DNA of 64,000 bases from Octopus vulgaris (Eukaryota), in the NCBI GenBank assembly GCA_951406725.2, contig OX597832.1, positions 19,902,001-19,966,000 on the forward strand. The letters run 5' to 3'. This document shows, in pieces, positions 14,808 through 30,860 of this stretch. Under the pieces are notes generated by a model. It saw nothing but the letters and a program-made list of their open reading frames with translations. It searched no databases and was not told where the DNA came from. A program made the position numbers and the translations under genes. Position 1 is the first letter of the stretch. Each line of letters begins with the position of its first letter.

Positions 14808-14887
14808 CACATACATACATGCATACATATACACATATATATATATAGATAAAATAAATAAATATATATATATGTATCATCATATAA

Positions 14888-14943
<56 letters not shown>

Positions 14944-15198
14944 TATACATATATATATATTTTTGTGTGTGTTCGTTTTCGTGAATATATATATAACGAA
15001 TAGATTTTTAAAATGTATGTCTAACACCAGTTCTCTAAAAATACATGTGAAGCCACGGGTGTCTCGAATCTCGATTACAAAATCTCTACCTACAAACATA
15101 CGTATATGCACGGAAACACACTCACACATATATGTAAGCAACCACAAATGTATTTATCCAAATATCTCTATGTGTGCATTATATATACATACATACAT

Positions 15199-15231
<33 letters not shown>

Positions 15232-15616
15232 CATACACACACACACACCTATATATTTATATGTGTAAACATTTTAAAATGAATATTAATTCAGCCATAT
15301 AAAATAATTAGAGTTTTCATTCTTACATATTGATATGAGGTAATTGATATCATGCATATAGACCCGTTTCTAATAACGTATGTTATATAACCTGAAAGTG
15401 TATGTATATACACATGCATGTATGTATGCATGTATGTATGTGCGTGTGTGTGCACGAGTGTAGATGTTTGTCTTTGTGTGTATACCGGGAACAGACATAT
15501 ATTTATTTATAAGTATTTGTAAATAAGCAGAGATTACACATACATATGTGTATGTGTATGTATAAATATATATAGATATATTATGAATGTGTGTGTTTTA
15601 CGATTTCACGTGCATG

Positions 15617-15655
<39 letters not shown>

Positions 15656-15997
15656 GTGTGTGTGTGTGTGAGTGTGTGTGTCTGTGTGTCGCTGTGATAT
15701 GCATTGGAATAAGCAAGTAACTGTATATACCATATAGAGCTATGTAATCGTGTCTTTATAAGTAATAAACGTATAATCGTGAAACAGAAGGTGGATTTAA
15801 CACGTTCACATTCATGCTTTCACATAATCACTAGTAGAAAAAACAAAAAACAAAAAGAACATGTGCATATAAATATACGCATAGAGTGTGGCTCTTCATA
15901 TGACAACAAGTGTATATAAAGACAACATACTCTCTTAATCATATACAGACGCACATTCTTTAAAATATGAAACCATAAACACATTTGCAGACATAAA

Positions 15998-16060
<63 letters not shown>

Positions 16061-16305
16061 GTAGACACACATATGTAAGTGTACTGAATGTAACGAAACA
16101 ATGATTTAAAAAAGTGCATACTGTATATATGTATGTATGCATGTATGACAACGGGTATGTATAAGCATATGTGATGCCGTGTATGCGAACTCGTATTCTT
16201 CAAAAGTTAGGTCTATACGCTTTCATGTCTATTTCGGCTCTACGTTTCATGTTCATACATAGACACATGCGTGCATATACGGCTATATATATATATATAT
16301 ATGAG

Positions 16306-16338
<33 letters not shown>

Positions 16339-16509
16339 ATACATATATATATCGATCGATTAGTAGAAAGATAGATAGATAGATGTATATTTACATATAT
16401 GAATATATATAATTCATATACATCTTAGGACACTCACAGACAAGCTGTCATTTATATACACACATATATATATGTGTATATATATATATATATACATATA
16501 TACATATAC

Positions 16510-16550
<41 letters not shown>

Positions 16551-16658
16551 TACATATCTATATATATATGTGTGTGCATATATGGATCTTTATATATGCA
16601 TATATGTATCTATATATGTATCTGCGTTTGCATATATCTACTCAGAAGATGTATACAT

Positions 16659-16697
<39 letters not shown>

Positions 16698-16921
16698 CTT
16701 GAATGTATGTTTGTGATTATTGATGTAGAAACATATAATCTATATGCATACCTGTACATGACTGATTTTATCTTTTTTATGGTGGAACGCTATATAATTT
16801 TATGCATACAGCCAGTGATGTATAACTGTATGGATATATGCCTAGATATGTATACACACGCACATACATACATACACTTTAAGAGAGACAAAAAGAGGCA
16901 GATATAGTGATATATATATGC

Positions 16922-16987
<66 letters not shown>

Positions 16988-17333
16988 ATATAAGTTAACT
17001 TATGGGCATATATTTACATTGCTTATCCACATTTAAAAATATAATATGATATATGCATGTATATGAATATATTTATATATAGGTAGATAGTTATAATGAG
17101 ATATGTTGATATTTAAGTTATTTACTAATCTAAATATTACCCTTTTATATCCTGAAGTCTGGCTGACATATCCCCCCCCCCAAAAAAAATATATACACTC
17201 ATGCACATATTTTTCTTATATATATGTGAGCACACGCACCATATTCTACACACCCGGCACCACATGACTCCCTCTATGTATAAAATATGTTGTGTATACA
17301 CAAATATATACTTTTATTTATATGTAATAAATG

Positions 17334-17374
<41 letters not shown>

Positions 17375-17425
17375 AAACACACATTAGTACATATACATAT
17401 ATATGCATATTCTGATATATATATG

Positions 17426-17488
<63 letters not shown>

Positions 17489-17891
17489 GTATATATACAT
17501 ATGTGATCTCTCACACATTTCCTTTATACTATCTATCCCTTCAAATTTAGATCTGTTTTTCCATACTCATGCCAGAATCCCTATTTTTATAATCCTTCTT
17601 AAGTATGCACAGATCCCCCTGGAATCTCTTAGTGATATGTTGAAAGAGATTAACAGTTTACTTCAAGTTACAGATTTCTCATAAGATATTGGAATAGGTA
17701 TTTTTGTTTTACGCAAATACTTTATCCAAGTCATATTCAAATTTGGAGGTAGATACATTATCATTAATACAATGTGATTATAATTGTCTGTAAATTAGCA
17801 TTGGCTCACACATGCAATTAAATAGTTGCAAACACTTATTTTAAAAATGTGTATATAAAGTTTCATAAATGTTCCTAACTGCGCGTGTTCT

Positions 17892-17928
<37 letters not shown>

Positions 17929-18171
17929 GTACATACACACAAACACACAGAGATATCCCCACACACACACAAACACACACATATATATATATACATATAT
18001 GCATACATATATTGATATATATATGTCATTTATCCTTGTACAATTATCTGCTAAGAGACAGAAGAAAAACATACTGAATAAAATGCGTATGTACTTTTAT
18101 ATATGCATGTAAGTGTGTGTGTGTGTGTATGTATCAATTTATCTATCAACCCAAAGTTACACACATACAGC

Positions 18172-18209
<38 letters not shown>

Positions 18210-18325
18210 GAAATACATATACGCAGACCAGTACTCGAATAGTAGCACGTACACCTATTCGTGCATGCACAATCATAGACACAAACACACATTTATATGT
18301 ATATGTACTTTTATATAAGTATGCA

Positions 18326-18405
<80 letters not shown>

Positions 18406-19490
18406 TATATGTATATGCGTGTACATGTATATATAAGTATATGTGTGTGCGTTTGTGTGTGTATCAGTATATCTATTTAAACGCATATATAAATGTCTGG
18501 TTATACACAAATAGTCACAGGGACAGGGTCCTATTTACACATACACACGCCATCTCCCCCTCTGTCTTCCTCTCTCTCTCCCCTTCACGGACACCCAAAT
18601 ACAAATTCTTCAGTCTCCTATAACTAGTGGAATATTACAAAACATTAGAATGTATATAAATATAATTCTTTAAAAAAATATTCCATTATTAACCAGAGAA
18701 ATAAATGAATATTAAGTAGGCATAAACAATAAAAAATACACACTTACACACACATACACACACACACACACACACACGCGTGCACACACACACACACGTC
18801 TTGACATACACTGGTGTATACCTACACATGTTTATATATGCACAAACAGACTCTTGAATATGTACATATTATTCTTACTTATATACATACAAACATACAG
18901 TCATACATTCATATATACATGTATGCATGCAAAGATACATGCATACACGCATGCATGCATACACGCATAGATACATATATCCATACGTACATATATACAT
19001 ACATACATATAGGCATACATACATAACAATTACATACACATAGTGAAAAGTGACATTTAGACAGACAGTCAAAGGGAGTGACATTGATGCGGCCAGTCAG
19101 GCACACAGCCAGACGTGCAGCCAGCCAGTCAGCCAGACTGAGTGACTGATAGACAGACATACAGACAGTCCGGCAGTCAGACGTACAACTGTGTATAATT
19201 CTATGCAATGTAATTGTCTCCACATGACAAATAACTTTGCTTCTAATTAAGCAACGACTGCTTTAGAAAAATTCACACTACACGACAAATGCACGTACGC
19301 AATTCCTGAACAGGAATACAGGAACGTATACTGGAATAAAGACACAAAGATAAACCTATGTGGGTGTATATAAATATATGTATATATATATATGTTTGTG
19401 TGTGTGAGTAATGCATTTAAGGATATACTTATCTATATACGTAAGCATGTAATCAGTGCGTGTTTGTGTTAAATTTGTAGATATATGTAT

Positions 19491-19657
<167 letters not shown>

Positions 19658-20041
19658 CATGTATACATCTATACATGTGTGTATGAATGCATGTATGTAT
19701 TTGAATATTTATGTGTTTGACTGTGTGTTTTGTATTTGTCCGTTAAGCTAAATAAATATGTGTGTGTGTGTGTGTACGTGTGTGTGTGTGTGTATGTGTG
19801 TGTGTGTGTGTGGGTGTGGGTGTGTGTGCGTGTGTGTGCGTGCGAAAGAGAGAGCGTATGTATGTATTTATATGTTCACAAACATTTTTGAAAAATATTC
19901 TACAAAAGTTATATATATATATTTAAAAAAAAAATATTCAGAAGAATTTTAGAATTTCATAAGCAAACACACACATAGACACCCCCACACATACACTCAT
20001 AGTCACAAAGACACGCAAAAACGCACACAGACACACACTCA

Positions 20042-20077
<36 letters not shown>

Positions 20078-20645
20078 AGCACACACACACACATAGTTCT
20101 CCAGGTTAAACATGCGTTAAGCATGCATGTTTGCATGCACGCATATTTTTTATAAGCGTTAGTATTTTTTTATAAACACATCTATACGTATAACAATACA
20201 TGTTTGCGATAAGTGAACAGGGGAGAAAATCTCTAGTAAAATATCAAAATAACCAAAAAAAAAAGTACATCTAATCTTGAAATTATTTATGAAGAGATAT
20301 GGAACTTTTCGCCGGTGGATAAACACTAGTTTTTAACTCGTGGGTGAAAAAAGAAAAAAGTATAAATAATATTAAAGGCATAAAAACTTAGGTCCTACAT
20401 GTAAAGTGATCATGGTAACAGATGCACACGGTAATATCTTATATACGCGCACTAATATCCAGAGCTAATATCTATACATACATACACACGCGCTGCACAT
20501 AACTACCTAAATCTTTGTCGTAGCTTAGTATATATGTTCGGCAATCAGAGGAGTAGACATGTAAAATCATCAGGCGTGTGCATGTGTATACACCCATATA
20601 TACATATACAAATGTCTATATAGACATACAAACACACACATACAT

Positions 20646-20717
<72 letters not shown>

Positions 20718-20872
20718 ACATATATATATTTATATATGTATATACACACACACACATATATATATATTTGTATGTATGTATGTGTGTCTATATATATATA
20801 GCTATGTACTTACATGCATACAATCATATATATATGTGTATATATATGATATATATATATACATACATCATA

Positions 20873-20931
<59 letters not shown>

Positions 20932-21455
20932 TGTGTGAGTCATATACATCTACGTGTGTATGTACAGTAGGGACCGAATACCGAAGAAGTTTGCTTTGTA
21001 ACCATGCAATCACTGGATCGTACCCACGTCCAGGCAAAATCGGCAAATTTGATTATCTCCAAGATCATCGTGTTTAAATTTCGACAGACGTAATCTAAAC
21101 AGATGCTTTTACATGTTGTTCAAAAGTTACACCTTCTCACATATTATGTCAGTCTTGACTGTGCCAGAGAAAGACAAAAAGAGTGAATGTGTTTGCAGAG
21201 AACTTGTTAATTTACAAGTTTAAACTAGGAGCTTTAATCTAATTTATCGAACAACCAACTAAATACTCAGCGTCAAGCGACGGAGATCCACCTACGTATA
21301 CTTAAAGAATCGCACTCAATCACACTTGCACTCGATTCTCACGTACAGAAATGCAAAGTTTCTGTCACAGAGCCATCAATTTTCAAAGGGTTGGACAAAT
21401 GCAACATGAAATTAAGCTTATTGTTTGCCGGTCTTCAAATCGAAGCCATGATATT

Positions 21456-21852
21456 CTTTTCTAATCTAGGCACAATGCCCGAAATTTGGGGGGAAGGGGC
21501 CAGTTGATTAGATCGACCGCAGTACGCAACTGGTACTTAATTTATCGACCCCGAAAGGATGAAAGGCAAAGTCGGACTCGGCGGAATTTGAATTCAGAAC
21601 GTAAAGACAGACGAAATACCTATTTCTTTACTGCCCACAGGGGGCTACACACAGAGGGGATAAACAAGGACAGACGATCGGATTAAGCCGATTACATTGA
21701 CCCCAGTGCGTAACTGGTACTTAATTTATCGACCCCGAAAAGATGAAAGGCACAGTCGACCTCGGCGGAATTTGAACTCAGAACGTAACGGCAGACGAAA
21801 TACTGCTAAGCATTTCGCCCGGCGTGCTAACGTTTCTGCCAGCTCGCCGCCT
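21456..21852 (-). mobile_element. SINE family C, dimeric form, inserted in an older family D head
   Basis: Head GGCGGCGAGCTGGCAGAAACGTTAGC; core GCCTTTCATCCTTTCGGGGTCGATAAATTAAGTACCAG occurs twice, 184 bp apart. 16-bp TSD with 2 mismatches at 21440-21455 and 21853-21868. Confidence 0.92.
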
Positions 21853-23036
21853 TCGAAACCACGATATTGCGATCGTGAATGCCACACCCTAGCGCCTAAG
21901 CCACACACCATCATACACATGTGTGTGTGTATATATATATATCTGTGCGTGCGTTTTTGTGTGTATCTATATATAACACAATTTTACATACATATGTATA
22001 TATAGAGGTTATGAGAGGTAATGGTGTCAATATGACCCAAAGGTGTCAAGTAATTATTAATATGTATATATGTATATATATATATATATATGTATGTGAG
22101 CTTGTTAATATGCATGTGTGTGTGTGTGTGTGCCTCTTGGGTTGTGTGTGAGTCTCCGTGGGTGTCTGCATATGTGTGTAGGAATTTTGTGTCTATCTAC
22201 ACAAAGGTATGCAATACTAAAATCGCCAATTATTGAGATATAGTTGCTTGCTGGTGCAGAACAGAATTTGTATACGGAAATGAAGATTATGTGTTTGTTG
22301 GGACAAATCCGAAGTCTTCTTATTAGTATGCTTTATCAACGAAGGTACAGCGTTTAGATACAAGCATTCTCTATGGCATGTATGTGGTAGAATCTATAAA
22401 TTTGCAAGCAGAAAATGTGTTATAATTAGAGTAGTGACATGCTCTACCCAGGAAATGAAAGTCATTTGTAAAACCAAATCTCAGACTTTATTAGCCAAAG
22501 AATTCCTGAGAAATTTCATATAGTCAAACATAAAACAAGAACGGTTTATATGTGCTTGTACGTTATTAAAATTACGCAAAAATAAACGCATGCCAGCAAC
22601 CATATATATGTAAACAGGAATGTGTTTATATATATATATATCATTAAATCTATATCTGTATATGTATTGTGTGTGTAGGTAGTTATGTTTGTATATGTAT
22701 GTATGTAAGTATGTATGTATGTATGTATATATATGTATATGTATGTATGTATTTTTTTCAAATGCGTGTTAGTTTCTTTACTTTACTGATGAGTTGGAAA
22801 CAGCAATCGAAACACAGTGCAATGTTGGAATAATCTGATATCTGCATTTATATTAACTTTCCTTCTTCCTAGTGTACTTTATGAATACATGCTTCATACA
22901 TATTAAATTTGAACATTTCATCTGTAATGAAGAACTGACCACTCAGTATTCATCACAAGAAGGTGAGGTGTATGAGAACACACATACATACATATATATA
23001 TATGAGTCTTTCCTTAATTATATTTTTGTGTATACC

Positions 23037-23061
23037 ATACCTGCTGATATTCGTCTACGTA

Positions 23062-23107
<46 letters not shown>

Positions 23108-23132
23108 TACGTAGACGAATATCAGCAGGTAT
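23037..23132. repeat. Perfect 96-bp palindrome centred on (TA)n
   Basis: ATACCTGCTGATATTCGTCTACGTATATATG, then (TA)17, then its exact reverse complement. Confidence 0.92.
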
Positions 23133-23847
23133 ATATATAACACACAAGGATTTATATGCAGATATTTCTGTATATGTATCTGTGAGTGCTTGTGTGTGTG
23201 TTTGTGTACATATCTCCATAAATACAGGTACACACCTATACGTATGTATATATATGTATGTAGGTCTGTGTGTGAATGTATGTATACCTACACTTATACT
23301 CTTTCTCCCTCTGTCTCTCTCTGTCTCTTTCTCTCACTCTGCCTCTCTCTCCCGCATTCACGCACAAATATGTATGTACATGTGTGAGTGTGTAGAAGTG
23401 CGCGTTTGTGTGTATTTTATCTGTCTGTATTTATCATTCTTTTGTGCTACGTAAAGATTAGCGAGAGGGGTGGCATGATATAGAGTGTACCCGGTTTGGC
23501 AGAGTAGGACAAGAAGGCCATTGTCGTTTGTGTTCTCACACCTCCACACCAATAGTGACCTGGCCTCACTTAGCGTTATTTTACTGTTTGAAGAGAGAAG
23601 AGACGAGGTGAGAAGGAAGGTGTAGAGTTGGTGGTGGTGGGGGAAGATAAAGTAAAGATGGGTTAGAATGTCACAAGAAGAGTGACACACACATACACAC
23701 ACACATACACGTGCGCACAGACACACACACACACAAACATACACACAGGTACATACTCTTCTCCCGCTCGAACACAAAAAAAATCTAGGTAAAGACAACG
23801 TGTGGGGTTATAAATATATCTATTTATCTGTGTGTACATGTGTATGC

Positions 23848-23909
<62 letters not shown>

Positions 23910-24691
23910 GTATATATATGTATATATATATATATTTATATATATACATATACACACACACACATATATATATATTTGCATGTATACATTCATATATATA
24001 TATATAATGTGTGTATATATATATATATATGTGTGTGTGTGTGCCTAAGTTGTTATTTTAAACCGCACGTTTATATCTGTATATACGTGCATATGTATTA
24101 TATACATATAAATATGTGTGTATATATATGTCTGTATATATACATATGCACATATATATACACACACATATGTAATATATATTTATATATGGATGCAAAT
24201 TTATAAACTCCCAGTTATATATATATATATTTATAGGTATATCTTTATGCACAAATAAAAGAAATATTTATATGACTATATTTATATGCATGTAGGTATA
24301 CATACATACATGCATACGTGCATACATACATATATACATACGTGCATACGTGATAATATACTAGTTATTTTGCTATTTGACTAATCAGCATTAATTGGAA
24401 GATAAGCTATTACAACGACGTCCCACCTGTGAACATCGTGTTTAGTATTCAATCACCTTCATAGAATTCTTCTAGTACCAAATCACCTAAAAATATTAAA
24501 TTTTATTAGTATAGGTTTTTTTTTCGAATAGTAGTGTTAACATCTAAGTTACTTCACATATTAAAGGGACTACTGACATATATGTATGTGTGTAAAGATA
24601 ATACAGTAGCAACATGCGGTTGAAGGTAGTTTCAGTACCAGTGAGTGAGAGAATCAACACTTGAACATGTGTGCATATCCTGTAGATCTTA

Positions 24692-24922
24692 CGAGGGGTT
24701 GCTGAAAATATCCTGGCTTTGGATGAAAGAAAATACATGAGGATCCCTTACTTATAGTTTTATTCAACTTATCCTTCTCTCAGATTCACACATTTATTGT
24801 AGTGGAGCGGGACTTCAGTTTTTCTAAACCCTGTAAAAGACCTGTAAGCCCTCTAAAATCTGGGCCTCCAGCCTGGCCTTTCGCGACACCCTTAAAGCTA
24901 GGAACTTTTCAGCAGCCCCTTG
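24692..24922. mobile_element. Mariner-type MITE
   Basis: 29-bp TIRs CGAGGGGTTGCTGAAAATATCCTGGCTTT and AAAGCTAGGAACTTTTCAGCAGCCCCTTG (24/29); TA on both flanks. Confidence 0.85.
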
Positions 24923-24957
24923 TATGTACATATATGTATTTGAATTCTTTTATTTTT

Positions 24958-25373
24958 TTTATTTGTTTCAGTCAGTTGACTGCGGCCATGCTGGAGTATG
25001 GTCTTTAGTCAAGCAAATCGACCCCAGGACTTATTCTTTTTTAAATTAGTATAATCGGTCTCTTGTCGAACAGCTAAGCTATGGAGGACGTAAACGCACC
25101 AGCATCGGTTGTTAAGCGATGTGGGTGGGGGTGGGGACAAATAACAAATACATACAAACATATATACATACATATATATATATATATACACACATATATA
25201 TATATATACGATGGGCTTCATTCAGTTTTCGTCTACCAAATCCACTCACAAGGCTTTGCCTAGCTCCAGGCTACGGTAGAAGACACTCGTCGAAGTTGCC
25301 ACGCAGTAGGACTGAACCCAGAACCATATGGTTGGTAAGCAGACTACTTACCACACAGCCACTTCTGCACCTA
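24958..25373 (-). mobile_element. SINE family B, diverged full-length copy
   Basis: Collinear reverse-complement match to 45591-46000, including the internal TA/CA microsatellite. Confidence 0.88.
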
Positions 25374-26771
25374 CACGCATAATTATGCATTAGATTAATA
25401 TATTTTTGATTAAAATATATTACAATTATGTCTGCTAGATTTTGCTTTCTTTGAAAAATATATTTATGATACTAATTCCGAAAGTATATATTATGTGTGG
25501 TGGGAAGTGGTGGTAGTGGTGTTGGTGTCATGCTAGTGGAATCCAGTAGTGATAGGGCAAAGTTCAAAGAGACTAAATTTGGGGTCCGGGGTGTGATATC
25601 TCTGCTCTGTAATTCAGGTGGGAAGCATGAGATTTTTTTTAGGCAGCGACCCATGCGATGGGTCTCCTGGCTAAGGGCAAATGCACAAGCTGAAGCCAGG
25701 TTCTATAGGCCCTATATAGCCATACATGCGTATATATATATATATACATGCATATATGTAAATATACATAATATATACATATGAATACATGCATATATAC
25801 ATAAATATATATGTATATATACATACATACACACATAGAGACACACACATTTATATAGTTAGATAGATAGATAGACATATTGATAGATAGATAGATAGAT
25901 AAATAGAGAGATATAGATATATATAAATATTAATATTATATTATTTAATGTGGATAAGAAATATAAATATATGCCCATATGTTACCTTAAATATATAAAT
26001 ACACACACATATATGTATACACACACACACACACACACAAATATATATATATATAAATATATATATAAATCTTTAAACCCTTAAATTCATCCAGCTTTAA
26101 CGCTGCGATCATGCTTGAGCACCATAGTTTTATAAATATATATATATATGTCTGTGTGTGCTTATGTATTTATACATACATACTTAGCTATAAATACAAC
26201 ATAATTCTCTGTGCAAAGGGATATTGATAATAATGAAATCTATCATTTGTCAGAGTTTCGCTAGCTATTTCTAGTATAGGAGGCGACTGCATATAGGCCT
26301 CATTCGTTGTTATTTGAGCATTGTCTGTAAAAGAATATTTAATGAGAAAAACTTTCAGGGCAGACTCGTACAATGATATCCATTTAATTTTTCTGGGTGT
26401 ATATATATGTCGTCGAGTGCGTAGCAATATGAGTACTACCGCTCATACAAATATATACATAGAATATTATATATACATATTTGTAATTACGTTCATGTGT
26501 GTGTGTGTGTGTGTAGGTACGTGTATATGTGTATGTGTGCATCTATGTATATGCATATATATGTGTTTGCGTGTCACTAAATATATATGTTCATAAGTGC
26601 ATATCTATATATATATATCTGTGTGTGTGTGTGTATGTGTCTTTGTATGTCATGATATATTTAAATATACATATTAGTTAGTATTATTATCATACACTAG
26701 GATTTTGGTGTTTCCAACACACCCATGACTACACCGAAGAAACATGTATTAAAAAAATTATGCTGACGGTC

Positions 26772-26802
<31 letters not shown>

Positions 26803-26963
26803 CGTCGACGACGACGAACCCGAGGGTTTGTTCGGTGACGGTTGACTTTGTTGCTGAGGGGGACTAGGGCCTCTAAGTGAATTTAAGAAACATGGGTAAC
26901 CCGACAGAGAAAGTCGGGGCTAGTAATAAAAACTTTAGGACTACTTGCGAAGCTCTCCTGTCT

Positions 26964-27048
<85 letters not shown>

Positions 27049-27561
27049 GTATATATGCATAGGCACATATACACAAATATTTGTATAACTGTACATATGT
27101 ATGCATGAGGGTGTTTGTGTGCATATCTACGTATACATACATACGCATAAACATTCATGAGCACCCCTATACACCCACATAAGTGTATGCATATATATCT
27201 CTGCGGGTGGGTGTGTATGCGTGCATGCTTGTGCATCTGTATGTGTATGTATGCAAATGTGTGCATGCACGTATGTATGCATGTATGCATGTATGTATGT
27301 ATGTATGTTGGTATGTATGTACGTACGGATTTCAGTATGTATGTAAGTATGTTATGAAATACTAGAAATATAAAAAAAAAGAGAGGGAACAAGGTGTTTA
27401 TCTTTAGGTGAGTTAACCGTAAAATGCTTTAAGTTAAGGCTAGTGTGATAATTTTGATATCTATCTATACGTTATCTAAATGTTATTTTCGCAAATGCAG
27501 ACACTGAGAGAAAACTGATAAAAAAGTGGGAGTATATATACACACATACATATACATTTAC

Positions 27562-27691
<130 letters not shown>

Positions 27692-28128
27692 ATGTATGTA
27701 TGTATATATATATTTACTTATATATATATGTATGTGTGTGGGGGTTATGTAATAAATTTTAAATATAAAACATTTCGGATTATTTTTCTTTTTTCGATTT
27801 TGCCTTGAAAGCAATACACACACGCACACACACAGACAGACAGACACACACACACACACACATACACACACAAACACACACACACACACATATAATAAAA
27901 TATCGCAAATTCACGTTTTTTTTCCTCTTTTTCTCTGGAATGTTATATTGGTTTGTATTGTGGTGATCCTTTGTAGATATCATTTTTTAAAAAATTTTAT
28001 TATGTACGTATATAGCTTGTATGCAGATTTTGTAACCTGTTAAATTTGTAATTTACATTTATTTCCATTTATAAACACAAACTCACACACACAGATACAA
28101 ACACACACATATACATCCACACACACTT

Positions 28129-28180
<52 letters not shown>

Positions 28181-28847
28181 GTACGTATGCATATGTATGC
28201 ATTTATGTATATATATATATATATATATATAAATACATATACACATGTATACGCATATCTGCTTATATGCACACATATACGTATCATGAATATATACATA
28301 CATATATCAGCTTGGCAATATATATTATTTATGTATACATTATATATGCGTGCGACTAAATGTGTATCTGTGTGTGTTTGTGTTTGTGTGTATACATTCG
28401 TCTCTCTATAAAATCTATATCTCTATTAATGCAGACACACATGTATGCATACACACTCGTAGGTATATTCATGGTTGTATACACATATATATGTACTTCC
28501 TTTAAAAAATCTATATATACACACTTGCACACACATATATAGCAAGCTAAGTGCACTCAATACACACATCAGAGTATATTACTTGATACATAATTTTTAA
28601 TTGCATCTCTCGTTTCTCATTGAAATTTTAATTTCTCTCCGAAGATATTTTGACTTCTATCTCAACGTATATCAATAATATACCCATACACACACACAGA
28701 AACGCACACACGGAAACCATTATACGCACGCACGTGCGATTACACGCACACACTTCTATGCATGAACATATATGCATGAGCATATATCGACATGTCTACA
28801 ACTTAAGTATAATCAGCTCTGCCCCCCCCCCCTCCACCATCAACAGC

Positions 28848-28977
28848 AGCATCATCACCGTCAACAAGCAGCATCGTCAATATAATCGTCATCATAATCA
28901 TCATCATCGTCGCCGGCATCGTCATCATCATCATCATCACCATCGTCATCATCATCATCATCATCATCACCACCACA
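28848..28977. repeat. (CAT)n/(CAC)n imperfect microsatellite
   Basis: Directly visible; gives a poly-His pseudo-ORF. Confidence 0.9.
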
Positions 28978-29238
28978 CGGCTACTCTTTTTATATGAATT
29001 TTTGTTTTCACCCCCTCCCCACCACCTTATATTCATCGTCTGCTCACGGATAGGATGAACACGCAAAAGTTTTGACCTGCAAGAAATCATAGTCAAAACT
29101 TCCTCAACGTCCCTCCGAACACCTTAAGATAAATGAGACACGTGATAATACATACATGCACACACATCTCAGTGCAAATACAGACATATAGACATATTCA
29201 CATACACACTTATGCACAAGAGATAGATAGATATATAC

Positions 29239-29318
<80 letters not shown>

Positions 29319-30554
29319 GCATATATGTACATACATACATTCCTACATACATACATACATACACACACATTATAAATATATATATCTCTATGTGTGTTTG
29401 TGTGTGTATAATTAGTATGTCAAAGTAATAATCAATTATATTATACTTCATTAGTTAGTTTACAGCTGTGTCTTCTATAAGTTACAGTGCCCTCATATAT
29501 GTGTGTGTTTGTTTCTGTGATTGTGTCTTTCAAAGTAGTGTGCATAAGCTCATTTGCAGGGCAAGATTCTTGAGGGTTTGAAAGAAGCGTCAGTCGAATA
29601 AGCCGATCTCACTACATGAAACATGCCTTGTACCTGATATTAAATATGACATCTACTCTTGATTTGGTTATGGTTGAGCTTGTTTTTATATGCCTGATTC
29701 TTTCTCATATTTGGTTTAGCGGAAAACATTGCCATTATTACCTATTGTTGTTGTTGTTGTTGTTCATAGCTAGCCCTTAAGGAATCCCCAATATCAAAAC
29801 TTTCCATTCGTGACCGTTCCATTTTTAGTTCCTACTGTGTATTCTCAGCCATTCTATGCAATATTTCTACCCTTATTTCAAACTGGCAGACGTTCTTGAA
29901 GGGAGTTTTATGGTCACTGTTGCTGTTTGCATGTTGTTCTTGATGACTAGCCACATATGAGCAAGAACTATGTTCATATTCTTTATTCATAGTGTATCTA
30001 GGATTCCATCATCTAATGTAGCATGACTGCCAATTTTAAGCAGGCTGCGAGGGTGAATAATAGAACATGAGATGTAGTTTTCCCACTATTTCTAGCAAAC
30101 ACATAATATCTTCATGATCGCTGTGCTGAATATATTTCATTGATTTGCTAGTATTGATGTTTTCAATATTTATATATATATATACATACACACACAGGCA
30201 TATATTCATACATATGCGATTACATAATCTCCTGTACAACCTCATATACATATGTATTCATACATATATATATATACACACACACACAAGTACCCACACA
30301 TATCGATATCATTTAGGCCCTTTTATAAAATTTAGTTTCGTCAGATTATTACTATATTGTAATTCCACATTTTATATGAGCCTTATTCATTGGCCTTGTG
30401 GCAATAAAGAACCTTTGGTGTCTTCCTTGTTCTTTTATTTTATTACTATTAATGTTTTTTCATCATGATTAGAAGTTCCCTATCAAGCTTTCGATCGCAA
30501 ATAAGTTTAAAATGAGTCTTCCTTAATATTTTAACCACATCTTCTCACGACTTA

Positions 30555-30860
30555 GTAGGAACGAGAGTTTATTTCGTTAGGGCGTCAAAGAAAAATGCTT
30601 TCCAGTATTTTTTTCAGCTCTTTAAGTTCCCTGTTCAAATAGACCCGAGATCCGGGGTCAATGAATAAAAATACCACTCAATACCTGGTGTCAGTAATAT
30701 CGGAATATACACACACTTCCCACGATTTCAAGTTGTGTGTCACTATTAGAAACTCCTAGTATGGTAGACTCAAAAGAGCGCTGTGGTATTTAGTTATGTC
30801 CCTTTAATTCCTACGATCAAACTCTACGGAACTCAACTTCTCTCGTTTACAGTTCTTAGG
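30555..30860 (+). mobile_element. Degenerate family C SINE remnants (two)
   Basis: AAAAATGCTT..CAGTATTT..GTTCAAAT..CCGGGGTCAATGAATAAAAATACCAC, with a second decayed core near 30780-30860. Confidence 0.45.

Noticed and set aside
21486-22005. Similar ORFs (VRNWYLIYRPRKDER) recurring at 21.5, 21.7 and 52 kb
   Set aside because: Antisense translations of SINE family C.
25497-25784. 95-aa ORF in GC-richer sequence
   Set aside because: No recognisable domain or splice context; it runs into a microsatellite and is more likely a repeat remnant.
28650-28997. His-rich ORF
   Set aside because: (CAT)n microsatellite with no supporting gene structure.
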